A stretch of DNA of 59,062 bases, counting the filler, from Stramenopiles sp. TOSAG23-2 (taxonomy: Eukaryota): NCBI GenBank assembly GCA_900128395.1. It is 6 parts of 6 records of this genome, joined end to end, with 100 filler letters (N's around TTAATTAATTAA, not from the genome) between each part and the next. Parts side by side here need not be neighbours in the genome. Positions count along the whole stretch, not along the records: positions 39,468 to 49,218 come from LT650082.1; positions 49,319 to 59,062 come from LT650083.1; 4 more parts are not named here. One strand, given 5' to 3'. The notes below the pieces were generated by a model. The model was not told the origin of the DNA, searched no databases, and was given only the letters and a program-made list of their open reading frames with translations. Every line of letters starts with the position of its first letter. Within the stretch, counting starts at the first letter, position 1. Positions 45,214 through 55,344 of the stretch are shown piece after piece. The translations under genes and the position numbers were made by a program.

Positions 45214-48200
45214 CTATATTTTTTTTACACGTTTACTTCTTTTACTATCATCACTACTAGTACCCGGGCCATGATCATCATCATTTCTATGTCGTTTCTT
45301 GTTTTTTTTCTTTATTACAATCCTTGGCGAACGTTGCGATTGTTTTTTATTTCCTCGTCCATTACCATCATTGCTATTACTACTAATATTATCAGAGCCA
45401 ATTGTTTTCAATGTTTCATTCATAGATTTTACTTGATTTTTTAAATTTCGTATTTTTGCTTCGAATTGTCGTATTATTTTTAATCTTACATTAATACCTT
45501 TTTGAAGTTCTTTTCTTGTAGAATTATCAATTGAAATAAGTTTATTATCATTTGCACGAAATAACGATGCTATCGATGATGAAGATACGTTTCGATCAAT
45601 TTCTTGTTGCGAATTATTACCACTACTACCACTACTTTGAACAGGCATTGGTGTTTCTGGTGTTTCTTTCGATTGAATCGTTTTATCTGATTTATTTGAA
45701 GAATTTTCATCATCATCATCTGAAGAAGAAGATGAGGACTCATCCTCATCTGAATCCTCCTCCGACGAGTCATCTTCGTCGTCTGAGTCTTCATTTTCTG
45801 ATATAGATGACTGAGATAAAAATGATGCTTGTGATGTTTGTGATGATAGTTTTTGTTTTTTATATTTTTTCTGTGGTGGTGGCGAGCCATGGGATGTTTC
45901 TAGATCTGAAATGCCTCCATCACTAGTATCATCTTCTTTAGCTGAAGAAAAAAATCCAATATCAACAAATTTTTGATGATGTTCATTACATAATCCACGT
46001 TTTGTTCTATATTTGTTACATTCTGGTACAGTACATACTCTTTTACCAGCTTTGCTAACTTTCTTTTGACTATTGCTGCCACTACTACTACGATTATTAT
46101 TACTAGCATCATCATTGTTGTTGCTTATTTTAGGAGCAACACGAATTGGCGATACATTAATAATTTCTTCCGTTGTACTTTCAATGCTTGTATTTATTTC
46201 AGATTCTTCCGATGTATCCTCTTCATTTCTCCCTGTCATTTCCATATCACTTACACTAAATTTACCAAGACTTAATGCTTTTTTAGCAGCAGCTATTGCT
46301 GGACGACGAGATGCAATTGTTGGGCATAGTTCCAATTGTTTAAATTTGTTACTATATTGCATTGCTTGAACGTTGTAATCATATGTTTGATACTTCCATT
46401 TAAACACGTACGATTTCTTTCTTTTCTTCTTTGTCTTATTTTGTTTCTTTAACGATATTATTTTGCATTCTTGATTATGAACAAGGCCTAATAATAATTC
46501 ATCCTCTTCATGTAAACCAAGTGTCCATTCTGTTTTATTTTCATAATAAACAATTTTATAGACTTCTTTTGTTGTCGATGTTGATGATGCATTATATCCA
46601 ATAATGGTATTGGTTTTCTTTTTACTACTACTTCCTTTTGTTGTTGTTGTTGTTAATAGATTATTATTTATTGATAATGCATCACCACTATTTTTATTGT
46701 TGTTAATTTCATCATTATTATTAATCGATAGATCAATAATATTATTATTATTATCGGAATGATCATGATTATTTGTTTTTTTCACACCTTCATCTACAAC
46801 ATTAACATCACCATCACTAAGTAGACAATATTTTTCAAACGCTTTTTGTGCATCTTGCTTTGCACGTTGTTGGTCCTTTTTTAAAACTAAGTTGTTGTAT
46901 CGAAGAATCTGATGCTTCTTTCTTTTAGCTTGTAAGGCTTGGACACAATATGTTTTTCGATTATCTTTTCTAAAAAATGAAAAAGAATGTTTACTGCCTA
47001 CTCCACATAATTTTATACCATTAATTAACTTGGTGCCAACATGACGTCCAGCAGTCCAACTGCCATCTTCAAAATGTACAACTTTATAATCTTCACCATC
47101 ATTTACAATTTGTGGTGATTGTGAATGACCATTAGTATTATTATTACTAGTATTACTAGTATTTTGTGATTGATTACTACTGGATGATGATTGCGATGAC
47201 GATGTACGTGTTAAGACCAACTTCGTTTTATTCCAAATATTTGTTTTATATTTTGTTCTTTTTTTTGTTGTTAAAATGCCGCTTTCTGGTAAGTATTTTT
47301 TATTTTTTAAATGTGAAAACCTCCCATTTTTTGTTTCTACACAATCTTTTAACACTATTTTATCACGTTGTATCATTTTCAGCGCCGTTGTTAAATAATC
47401 ATTGATATTTAAATGTTCTTTAATGCAATATCTTTCGATTTCTCTTACAATTTGTAATATTAATTGTTTACAATTTGGTGTCATCGTTGGAATACTATCT
47501 TCATCAGTAGTAGTAGTAGTAGTTGTTGTTGTTGTGGTGGTGGCAGTGTTGACAATACTAGTAGGCAAAGCTGATGATACTACTAGCGGCATTTCATTGC
47601 TACTAATATTACTAGATAATCCTGTTGTTGCTATTTCATATAATGCATCAAATGATATATCTTCTAATTCTTTTTGCCATTTTTCTAAATATGAAATGAC
47701 ATTTTTAAATTTAATGAAATTTGGAAACATGGATTTTGATGATGCATTCATACTAACACGTTGATCTTGGCATGCTTCTTTAATGAATTCTGTTGCAACT
47801 TCACTTCTTTGGCGCCTAAACAACATCATAAATGCTAAATATGCAGTTGGTGTCCTTGATCTACCATTTACACAACATACAATATAATCATATGGAAATT
47901 GATTGGTCATTTGACTTCTTGTTGTTGCTGATGTTGTTGTATTATTATTATTATCATTATTATTACTGCCGCTTGTACTAGTAACACCATCATCATTATT
48001 ATTATTATTATTATCCACATCAACAACAATATCATCACCATCCATATTATTATCATGAAGATGGAGATTATCATATACTTCTTTACCATGTGTGGTGTGA
48101 CAAAATAATTTAGTAGCATATTCTGCAAAGCTCAATGATTTTTTCACTATTGCATGTTTTGTTTCTACATGTGTTGATGGTATCACTTCATCGTTGTCTA

Positions 48201-48366
48201 AATCAAGATAAAACCCATGAAAGAGGTTTATATTATATTTTTCTCTCCATTCCATATTTTTTGTGTGTAACTTTGTTGTTAATATTATTCTTTGCTTGGT
48301 TTGTGAATCATAGATCTTTACAAACTCATTTGGTTCTTCTGATATGGATCTTTTATATGTAGACAT
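45214..48366 (-). CDS. Low-complexity protein with a CX5R (dual-specificity phosphatase-like) domain, a two-copy internal repeat and a C-x4-C-x9-C-x2-H zinc finger
   Basis: IVCCVNGRSRTPTAYLAFMM; CTVPECNKYRTKRGLCNEHH; 1050-aa open frame. Confidence 0.75.
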   Translation of the reverse strand: MSTYKRSISEEPNEFVKIYDSQTKQRIILTTKLHTKNMEWREKYNINLFHGFYLDLDNDEVIPSTHVETKHAIVKKSLSFAEYATKLFCHTTHGKEVYDNLHLHDNNMDGDDIVVDVDNNNNNNDDGVTSTSGSNNNDNNNNTTTSATTRSQMTNQFPYDYIVCCVNGRSRTPTAYLAFMMLFRRQRSEVATEFIKEACQDQRVSMNASSKSMFPNFIKFKNVISYLEKWQKELEDISFDALYEIATTGLSSNISSNEMPLVVSSALPTSIVNTATTTTTTTTTTTTDEDSIPTMTPNCKQLILQIVREIERYCIKEHLNINDYLTTALKMIQRDKIVLKDCVETKNGRFSHLKNKKYLPESGILTTKKRTKYKTNIWNKTKLVLTRTSSSQSSSSSNQSQNTSNTSNNNTNGHSQSPQIVNDGEDYKVVHFEDGSWTAGRHVGTKLINGIKLCGVGSKHSFSFFRKDNRKTYCVQALQAKRKKHQILRYNNLVLKKDQQRAKQDAQKAFEKYCLLSDGDVNVVDEGVKKTNNHDHSDNNNNIIDLSINNNDEINNNKNSGDALSINNNLLTTTTTKGSSSKKKTNTIIGYNASSTSTTKEVYKIVYYENKTEWTLGLHEEDELLLGLVHNQECKIISLKKQNKTKKKRKKSYVFKWKYQTYDYNVQAMQYSNKFKQLELCPTIASRRPAIAAAKKALSLGKFSVSDMEMTGRNEEDTSEESEINTSIESTTEEIINVSPIRVAPKISNNNDDASNNNRSSSGSNSQKKVSKAGKRVCTVPECNKYRTKRGLCNEHHQKFVDIGFFSSAKEDDTSDGGISDLETSHGSPPPQKKYKKQKLSSQTSQASFLSQSSISENEDSDDEDDSSEEDSDEDESSSSSSDDDDENSSNKSDKTIQSKETPETPMPVQSSGSSGNNSQQEIDRNVSSSSIASLFRANDNKLISIDNSTRKELQKGINVRLKIIRQFEAKIRNLKNQVKSMNETLKTIGSDNISSNSNDGNGRGNKKQSQRSPRIVIKKKNKKRHRNDDDHGPGTSSDDSKRSKRVKKI

Positions 48367-49218
48367 GTTGGTATATTTGATATATGTGTATGTATGGAAT
48401 GTTATATATGTTACACAAACAAAATATGTATCAAATTAGATTCACACAACGTCTTGTAGTGGGGAGAATATTAAACAAAAAATGTTAAAATGGCAAATGT
48501 TAAATGTTCAAAAAAAAAAATATTTTTTGTTCTATATAGAAATCTTTTTCAACACTTTTTCTTTGATAAATAATTAAGTTAATGCAATGCACACACAAAG
48601 ATGTTATAATTGAATATTTCTCTCTCTCGTCATTACCTTTTGTCATCTACATCACATATCGATCAATCTATCTATCTATTCATTCATTTATCAATGCTTT
48701 TTTTGAAGAAGCGATAAAAACTTGATTATAAAGTATTAGAATATGGATACAGGTACTTAGAAGGTCCTATCATATTGCCATATTTATATTAGAATACCGA
48801 AGGGTGTACTTAAAATCCCTATCATATTTCCATCCATTTTTGAAGCGTTAGACTATCGATAATTGTACTTACAAATTCCAATTATAAAACATCGGGAATT
48901 AGCAGGGAAATAGCAGGTGTAACAGATTTTATCACCGAGGCGGTTTGCTTTCTTTTGCTGTTGATGCGGGAATAGCATGGTAATAGCAGGTGGAAACCGA
49001 TGTTAAAACGACGGCAAAACTGTTTGTTCGTAGATCTAATGCTATTTCTATCGTAAATGGAAGGATGGCTAAAATAGATGAAAAAATGTCTGTGCGGTGT
49101 GCGGGTTAAAAAATCTAAAAGTTAAAAATAAAAAATACGAGAGTAAAAACAAGGTGAACATTTTGTTGATATGAGCCGGTGTGGGCGGCTCGTTAATCAA
49201 GTTGCTATTTGGGTGGGC

Positions 49219-49318
49219 NNNNNNNNNNNNNNNNNNNNNNNNNNNNNNNNNNNNNNNNNNNNTTAATTAATTAANNNNNNNNNNNNNNNNNNNNNNNNNN
49301 NNNNNNNNNNNNNNNNNN
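49219..49318. other. Artificial contig spacer
   Basis: N44-TTAATTAATTAA-N44. Confidence 0.98.
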
Positions 49319-50214
49319 GGTTCAGGTTCACTAACCATGCCATTTTCATGTAATACACCAAAATATTCAACAAATTCAAAATATCTTAGTCTAGCCCTTT
49401 TGTTTTGAAAACGCTCAGGCAAAACCTTCAACATTGATTCAAGTTGAGCATGTGTCACACCGCATCCTGAACGTATTATCATAACAGGTATTTCTTGCCA
49501 AACGCTGAGTCCTCGTAAATGTGAAGTTAGGAATTCTGTTTTAAACACATCCCATTTTTTATGTATTCTTTCACGAAATCCATCAAAAGCAATATCTTGA
49601 AGTTTTAAAAGATTTTCCCGAAGCTCAGACTTTTCAAACATGCCTGTAGAAACCATACTGTTTCCTTCATTATCAGCTTCAATCAAGGGTATTTTAGAGG
49701 TTGCTTGGAGAATATTCCGCCTGAACTTCTTATTTAATATATTACCACCTAGTGGCTTTTTTCTTTTTATATGATCTTCTTCTTCTCTTTTTAAGTTCTT
49801 ATTTACATCTTTTTCATTATCTATTGTTTTATGCTGCAATTCCTCTGGATTAATAGGTGTTAATGCACCATGGCGTTGTAACTCCACTTCTCCTCCTGGT
49901 CTAAGAAAATCATTATTATTGCTATTATTATTATTATTAAAACTTGCATCCGTTTCGTTTATCGTATTAAATATTTCTTGTCTCTCCGATGAGGGCACAA
50001 AGGATGATTGATAATTATGATCTATTTCTCTGGTCCCTAAAAAACTTGGAAAAGTATCAGCAGATTCTGTCCCACGAGCGTTTGGCATCTTATACCATGG
50101 CTTTCCTTTATAACTTTGTACATTTTTTAATCTATCTTCCACTTTAGTATTATCTAATGATTTATTTATGCGACGGTAGCTATCTTCTACGGTAAAATCA
50201 TGATAAAAAGCCAT
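49319..50214 (-). CDS. 3'-truncated protein of unknown function (weak EF-hand-like segment)
   Basis: ATG-initiated frame stays open to the contig edge; RLRYFEFVEYF resembles a degenerate EF exit helix. Confidence 0.65.
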
Positions 50215-50239
50215 TAGTTAATAATAATAACAACGTCGA

Positions 50240-50272
<33 letters not shown>

Positions 50273-50778
50273 CGTATGTATGGCAGGATAGACAAAATTC
50301 TATATTTAAAATCAACGAATTATCGTCAATAATTATGATAATTCTTAAAAGCACAATATCTGGAATGCAGAATTTTACGAACCACATTGTTATATTGTTT
50401 TGTATCTTTAATATTGATTAATTTGTATAATAATGTGAAAAAAAATGACCCAACCAACGTTATTGTATAATAAAAAGATGCACGATTTCTAAAGCTAAAG
50501 TAATGATGTGCTGATGATACTATATTACTATGGAAATAGTACAGAAGAAAATTTCATAAATGGTGATTAAGGGTAAATTTATTGTATTATAATTTATTTT
50601 TAATTTTATCTTTTTAGCAGTTCCATATATATATACATACATATACATACGTTCCAGTAGGTTGAACAACTTTTCCCTAGCACTTGTTGTTTTCCACTTG
50701 CATACTTCATCACCAAGATATATTAATTATCATTGTTGCATAAATCCCCTTTCATATTTAATGTAAATTTATCATAAT

Positions 50779-53700
50779 TTATTCTATTCGTTTCGCAGAA
50801 ATATCATCTGTATCTAAAGTTACTGCTGAATTTGAATTCATTGGATTTTCAATCGTAATCGAAGTCATTTCAATGGATTTTTCATCATCGGGACTAGATC
50901 TACCTTCTACCACCGGATTTTTACTATCTACTACTTCGTCTCCAACATCATTGTTATCATCATTACCATCGCTTACACCTCCCAACAAAGCTTCACTTTC
51001 CCTCTGTTTCAATTGACTCATCATACCTAAAAATTGAGGGAAAGATAATTCATTTTTATCTTCATTTCCAATTAACTTGTAAATTTCGTCCAACGATTGT
51101 TCATCTTGACCGATATAATGCAAAGCCCGCCTCATTTCATCTTCATCTATCGTGCCGCTCTTGTCTTCATCTATTATTTCGAAAACCTGTTTATATTTAT
51201 CAATAGTCCCCCCTGCCATTATTTTTTTGTACTCATCAATGATTGACTTCTCCGCCTCCTCCTTTTCTTTTTCTTTCTTTTGCTCGCTTTGTGCTTCCTC
51301 CATAGCGGTTGTAATAACACCAATAAACAAGGTCATTAAAACAAGAGCGCCGATGACTGTAAAAAAGAAGAAGAAAACGGCACCAGCCCATTCATAAAAT
51401 ATGGCATTGCCTGGGTCTCCATAAATTTCATCTGTCAATTCTCTACAACAGCAATACATCTCATGTATTATTCTCGTGTCACTGACATTTTTGTATCTGT
51501 CATAACAGCTACCTAGGGGACCGGTAGTATTTAGCAACACGTTATCAAAGCCTATATCTTCGCACATTACAAAATGCCCGTAATTAGCACAGCCATACAT
51601 ATTGGTATACATAATATCAGTCCAATCCTCTAACGTCGACGCTCGAAACAAACTATAAATTGCATTTGGTAACGTTCCAAAATGCCAAGGATCATTTGGC
51701 AGGAAAAGAATCTGGAAGAATATACCCATCGCGAAAAAGAATAACATTAAAATCATAGCAACGTAACTAATTGAACTCAAACCTGAAAGCAGTGCTTCGA
51801 CAATAACTTGCAATTGTGGGAATGCCTTTAAAAGTTTCAATACTCGTAGAAGACGCAAAAGCCTTAAAATGACAAGCATTCCACCACCCTCACCCGTAGG
51901 AAGTAAAGATCCAACAACAATCACAAAATCAAAATTATTCCATCCATCAATTCCGTTATTATAGAAATATCTAAATGGTTTATCAAATTCTGCTACAACT
52001 TTAATAACCACTTCTGCGGTAAATATAATTAAAATCAAGATCTCTAAAAGATTCATAAATAATATAAATGGTGCTTGAATTATACAATCAGCGTGACAGT
52101 CAAGGTATACTTCATGCTCCATGACACAATCAATGTCTTTCGAGCCTGGTAGTGTATTATGACTTTTGTAATCTAATGTAGTATTTGGAATCCGCAAGGT
52201 TTCCTCTGGATATGTACAACCTGGTCTACAAGTAGCAAATCGAGGGTCATCATCATTTGTTTCCATACCAATTCCAACCATTAAACCAGCAATAATAATA
52301 ACTACAGTAATAAAATTTGTGAAGCCTGGCGTGTCGTGGGCAATATACTTAGCCAATCGCGATAATTCATAATATTTATAGCAAAGACAGCCTTTTTTCT
52401 TAGCCTCTTCACCTTTGTAATCTATAAGCTTATCCATTGCGGACTCGTCCCACGCGTTTTGAAGCAAATTTTTGGCCTCTTTTTCTTGTAGACTTTGTTC
52501 TTGTTTCAATTCACGTTCGATTTCTGAAGCTTCTCGTTTGAAACTTCTAGAAGTTAATCTTCGAGCTTTGCCTTCGCTTGCTCTTTGATTTTCTCGTTTT
52601 AGCCTCGCCTCTTCTTTTTTTTTTTCACGTTTTTTTTTCTGCGCCTCTCGTTTCAAGTAAGCCTTAATCATCTTATCATTTGATTGTTCCGTTTTCATTT
52701 CTTCCATACTTTCTGTCATAGCCATTGTGACGGCACCTATGAATAAAGAAAGCATAACTAATGCAGATATTAAAATAAATGCTATCCAATATCCCATACC
52801 CAGCCAACCGACAGGACCGGGCGAACCGACCAGATCATTTACTCCCGTTTGATATCCATAAACCCCAAGTGTCCAATCATTGCCCTTAAAAACTACTCGC
52901 TCGCCTCTACTAACCGCATGTGTCCCATTCCATCTCCAAATTTCTCTTTTAAGTTGGGGATCATATCGTGAGTGACAAGTAACTGGACAACCATCAGACC
53001 AATAAAGCCCAGAACGTTGAATTGGATCAGGTTGATTTGGGTGCTTTGGTTGATTTGGATCATAAAGTTTATATGGTTGATTTGGATCATAAGTGTTATA
53101 TATTTGATTTGGATCATCAAGGTGATAGATACCACTGTCATAATACGGACTATCACAACCAAAGTAGTTGATGTACTTAATATCCGTCCAATCTTCTAAT
53201 GTAGATGCCCTGAAAAGTGACATCAATGATCGCGATAAAGTACCAAAATGCCATGGATCGTTTTCCCCAAACAACATATTTCCTATGATGCCAAAAAGGT
53301 ACAGGACTATCGCTAATAACAGCATAATATATGCAATTGACACCATGCCACCTACCAATCCCATAATAATCATTTGCAAAGCAGGAATTTTTTTGATTAG
53401 TTTCGCTAATCTAGCCAAACGGACCAAACGCAATAACTTTACTGCACCACCACCTGCCATACCAGGAATTGGCAAAGATAGAATTACAATGATAAAGTCA
53501 AAGTTATTCCATTTCCACTCTGGTCCAAGCCAATATCTATCTGGCCGAGCACCTTCCGCTAGTACTTTTGCTACTACTTCGAAAATAAATATTATCATAA
53601 TAACAGTTTCACATACACGTACAACCAATAAATTTTCGCAATATCTATCTGTTTGAAATCCAACAACAATACCAGCTAACATAATTATCACGATAATAAA

Positions 53701-53946
53701 ATTGTTAAACTTGTCCGATTCAGTCAAATTTTGCATAGGGTTTGCAACTTTTTCGATCCAAGTTTTGCCACATCCGGTAAAATTGTTAGGATCTTGCGCC
53801 GGTTGACGATGAACTATCTTGTCTTCTTCTGCTTCCCTTTTCCTATCTTCTATCATTTTTATTATATCCTCATCCGTCATCCCTGCTTCCCTTGCCAGTG
53901 CCTCTGCACGGACTTTCTTTGCTGCTATAATTGCTGCTGCAGCCAT
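50779..53946 (-). CDS. Two-domain (2x6TM) voltage-gated cation channel with C-terminal EF-hands
   Basis: Two WNNFDF S3 motifs; two S4 segments (KLLRLVRLARLAKLIKK and LRLLRLLRVLKLLK); two LFRASTLEDWTDI pore loops; DEDKSGTIDEDE EF-hand. Confidence 0.93.
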   Translation of the reverse strand: MAAAAIIAAKKVRAEALAREAGMTDEDIIKMIEDRKREAEEDKIVHRQPAQDPNNFTGCGKTWIEKVANPMQNLTESDKFNNFIIVIIMLAGIVVGFQTDRYCENLLVVRVCETVIMIIFIFEVVAKVLAEGARPDRYWLGPEWKWNNFDFIIVILSLPIPGMAGGGAVKLLRLVRLARLAKLIKKIPALQMIIMGLVGGMVSIAYIMLLLAIVLYLFGIIGNMLFGENDPWHFGTLSRSLMSLFRASTLEDWTDIKYINYFGCDSPYYDSGIYHLDDPNQIYNTYDPNQPYKLYDPNQPKHPNQPDPIQRSGLYWSDGCPVTCHSRYDPQLKREIWRWNGTHAVSRGERVVFKGNDWTLGVYGYQTGVNDLVGSPGPVGWLGMGYWIAFILISALVMLSLFIGAVTMAMTESMEEMKTEQSNDKMIKAYLKREAQKKKREKKKEEARLKRENQRASEGKARRLTSRSFKREASEIERELKQEQSLQEKEAKNLLQNAWDESAMDKLIDYKGEEAKKKGCLCYKYYELSRLAKYIAHDTPGFTNFITVVIIIAGLMVGIGMETNDDDPRFATCRPGCTYPEETLRIPNTTLDYKSHNTLPGSKDIDCVMEHEVYLDCHADCIIQAPFILFMNLLEILILIIFTAEVVIKVVAEFDKPFRYFYNNGIDGWNNFDFVIVVGSLLPTGEGGGMLVILRLLRLLRVLKLLKAFPQLQVIVEALLSGLSSISYVAMILMLFFFAMGIFFQILFLPNDPWHFGTLPNAIYSLFRASTLEDWTDIMYTNMYGCANYGHFVMCEDIGFDNVLLNTTGPLGSCYDRYKNVSDTRIIHEMYCCCRELTDEIYGDPGNAIFYEWAGAVFFFFFTVIGALVLMTLFIGVITTAMEEAQSEQKKEKEKEEAEKSIIDEYKKIMAGGTIDKYKQVFEIIDEDKSGTIDEDEMRRALHYIGQDEQSLDEIYKLIGNEDKNELSFPQFLGMMSQLKQRESEALLGGVSDGNDDNNDVGDEVVDSKNPVVEGRSSPDDEKSIEMTSITIENPMNSNSAVTLDTDDISAKRIE

Positions 53947-55344
53947 GACGTTAATTAATATATATAACTATACAAATACTAGATAATGTATTCGCGTGTG
54001 CCACTAAGTTATGTAAATAAGTATATATATAGTTATCCAAAGAGCTAAGCTAAATATTCTGGATAAATATATGCACGTAAGTATGTATATCCTTGTATTC
54101 GTATTGTACGGATTAATAACACAAAAACACAAGAAAAATACGTATTATATGTTTTCATTTCGTGTGTGTGTGTGTGTGTGTGTCTATTTCTTTCTATGAT
54201 TGTAAAGTGTACAATAATAATAATAGACTATAATAATAATAATATCATTATTATTATTTTAATACCTGGTATTTAATAACCATCATAACTATTAGTTACT
54301 AGTCTAGTAAAATAATATGTGTTTGTGGTGATGTGACATGCTGTACTGTAGCCTTTATTATCAGTTCTAATTTTTTAAATTGTTAAAATTGTAATATGTG
54401 CATATAATCACTGATATAATATATGCAACCTATGGATGGCAATTTACAATGGATTTGTTAGATTGTGGATACTAACATACTAATACTAACTGATACTGTT
54501 ATAGTTTATACTAGTTCAAGACTGTGAAATTGCAACTAATGATTTTAGTAGACTATTCTTCTCGAATTATTTCGTCCTAGTTCGTTTTCCAGTTTACAAT
54601 AAGTTCTTCACAGCACTACATATCATGTCAAGAGGGCACACCAGCACACAACCCAAGGTGCCAAGAGACAAAAACCACACAAATCCACCCAAATATTCAA
54701 CTATCCATAGTTACAGCATTTAAAATATAACTAATACTGTAAAAGGCAAAAAATTAAATAAAAACATTAGCCATCATCATATAAGTGGGAACAATGTGAG
54801 ACGGTAAACACTTAGTACAAGTTTATATAGGGATAATGTTGATAGGTATTTTTTTGATAGAATTGGGAGTATGAAAAAGAACTTGTTAATTTTTAAAAGC
54901 CAAAAATGTTGGAAAAAAGATGAAATGATTAAGTACGGCAATAGTATACAAAACTTCATGCCTAAGAGTTACGGAAGAAGAAAAAATAATAATTTAAATT
55001 AGTCATTATAAAAAACAGATAATAGGCAAAAATATGATTAAAGTACAACAAGTATAATACATCTAGCCAGGCCAGCCGGGAAAATCGGAAAATCATGATG
55101 TCACGGAGGAAGAAGTGGAATTGTTGAATGAAGAAGATGAAGGAAGAACAAAATGAAAAACAACTAACTAGACTATAATACAAATATTATTAATAAAAAA
55201 TAGAAAAACCCGTATATCCCATAACCTCATTTGCAAAGTACCAAGACATCCTATTGGTACAGATATTACATACGGACATACATATAACAACAACACTGTT
55301 TTTTTATTTTTAAATAAACACACGCACCGTAGAAGAAAAAGAAG

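Noticed and set aside
49267-49318. C-terminus of the 315-aa ORF as listed in the ORF track
   Set aside because: Runs through Ns and stops in the linker; the gene is truncated by the contig end.
14051-53946. A calcium-signalling or flagellar gene cluster (EF/FN3 protein, calmodulin-like, PIH1, channel)
   Set aside because: The genes lie on different, artificially joined contigs.
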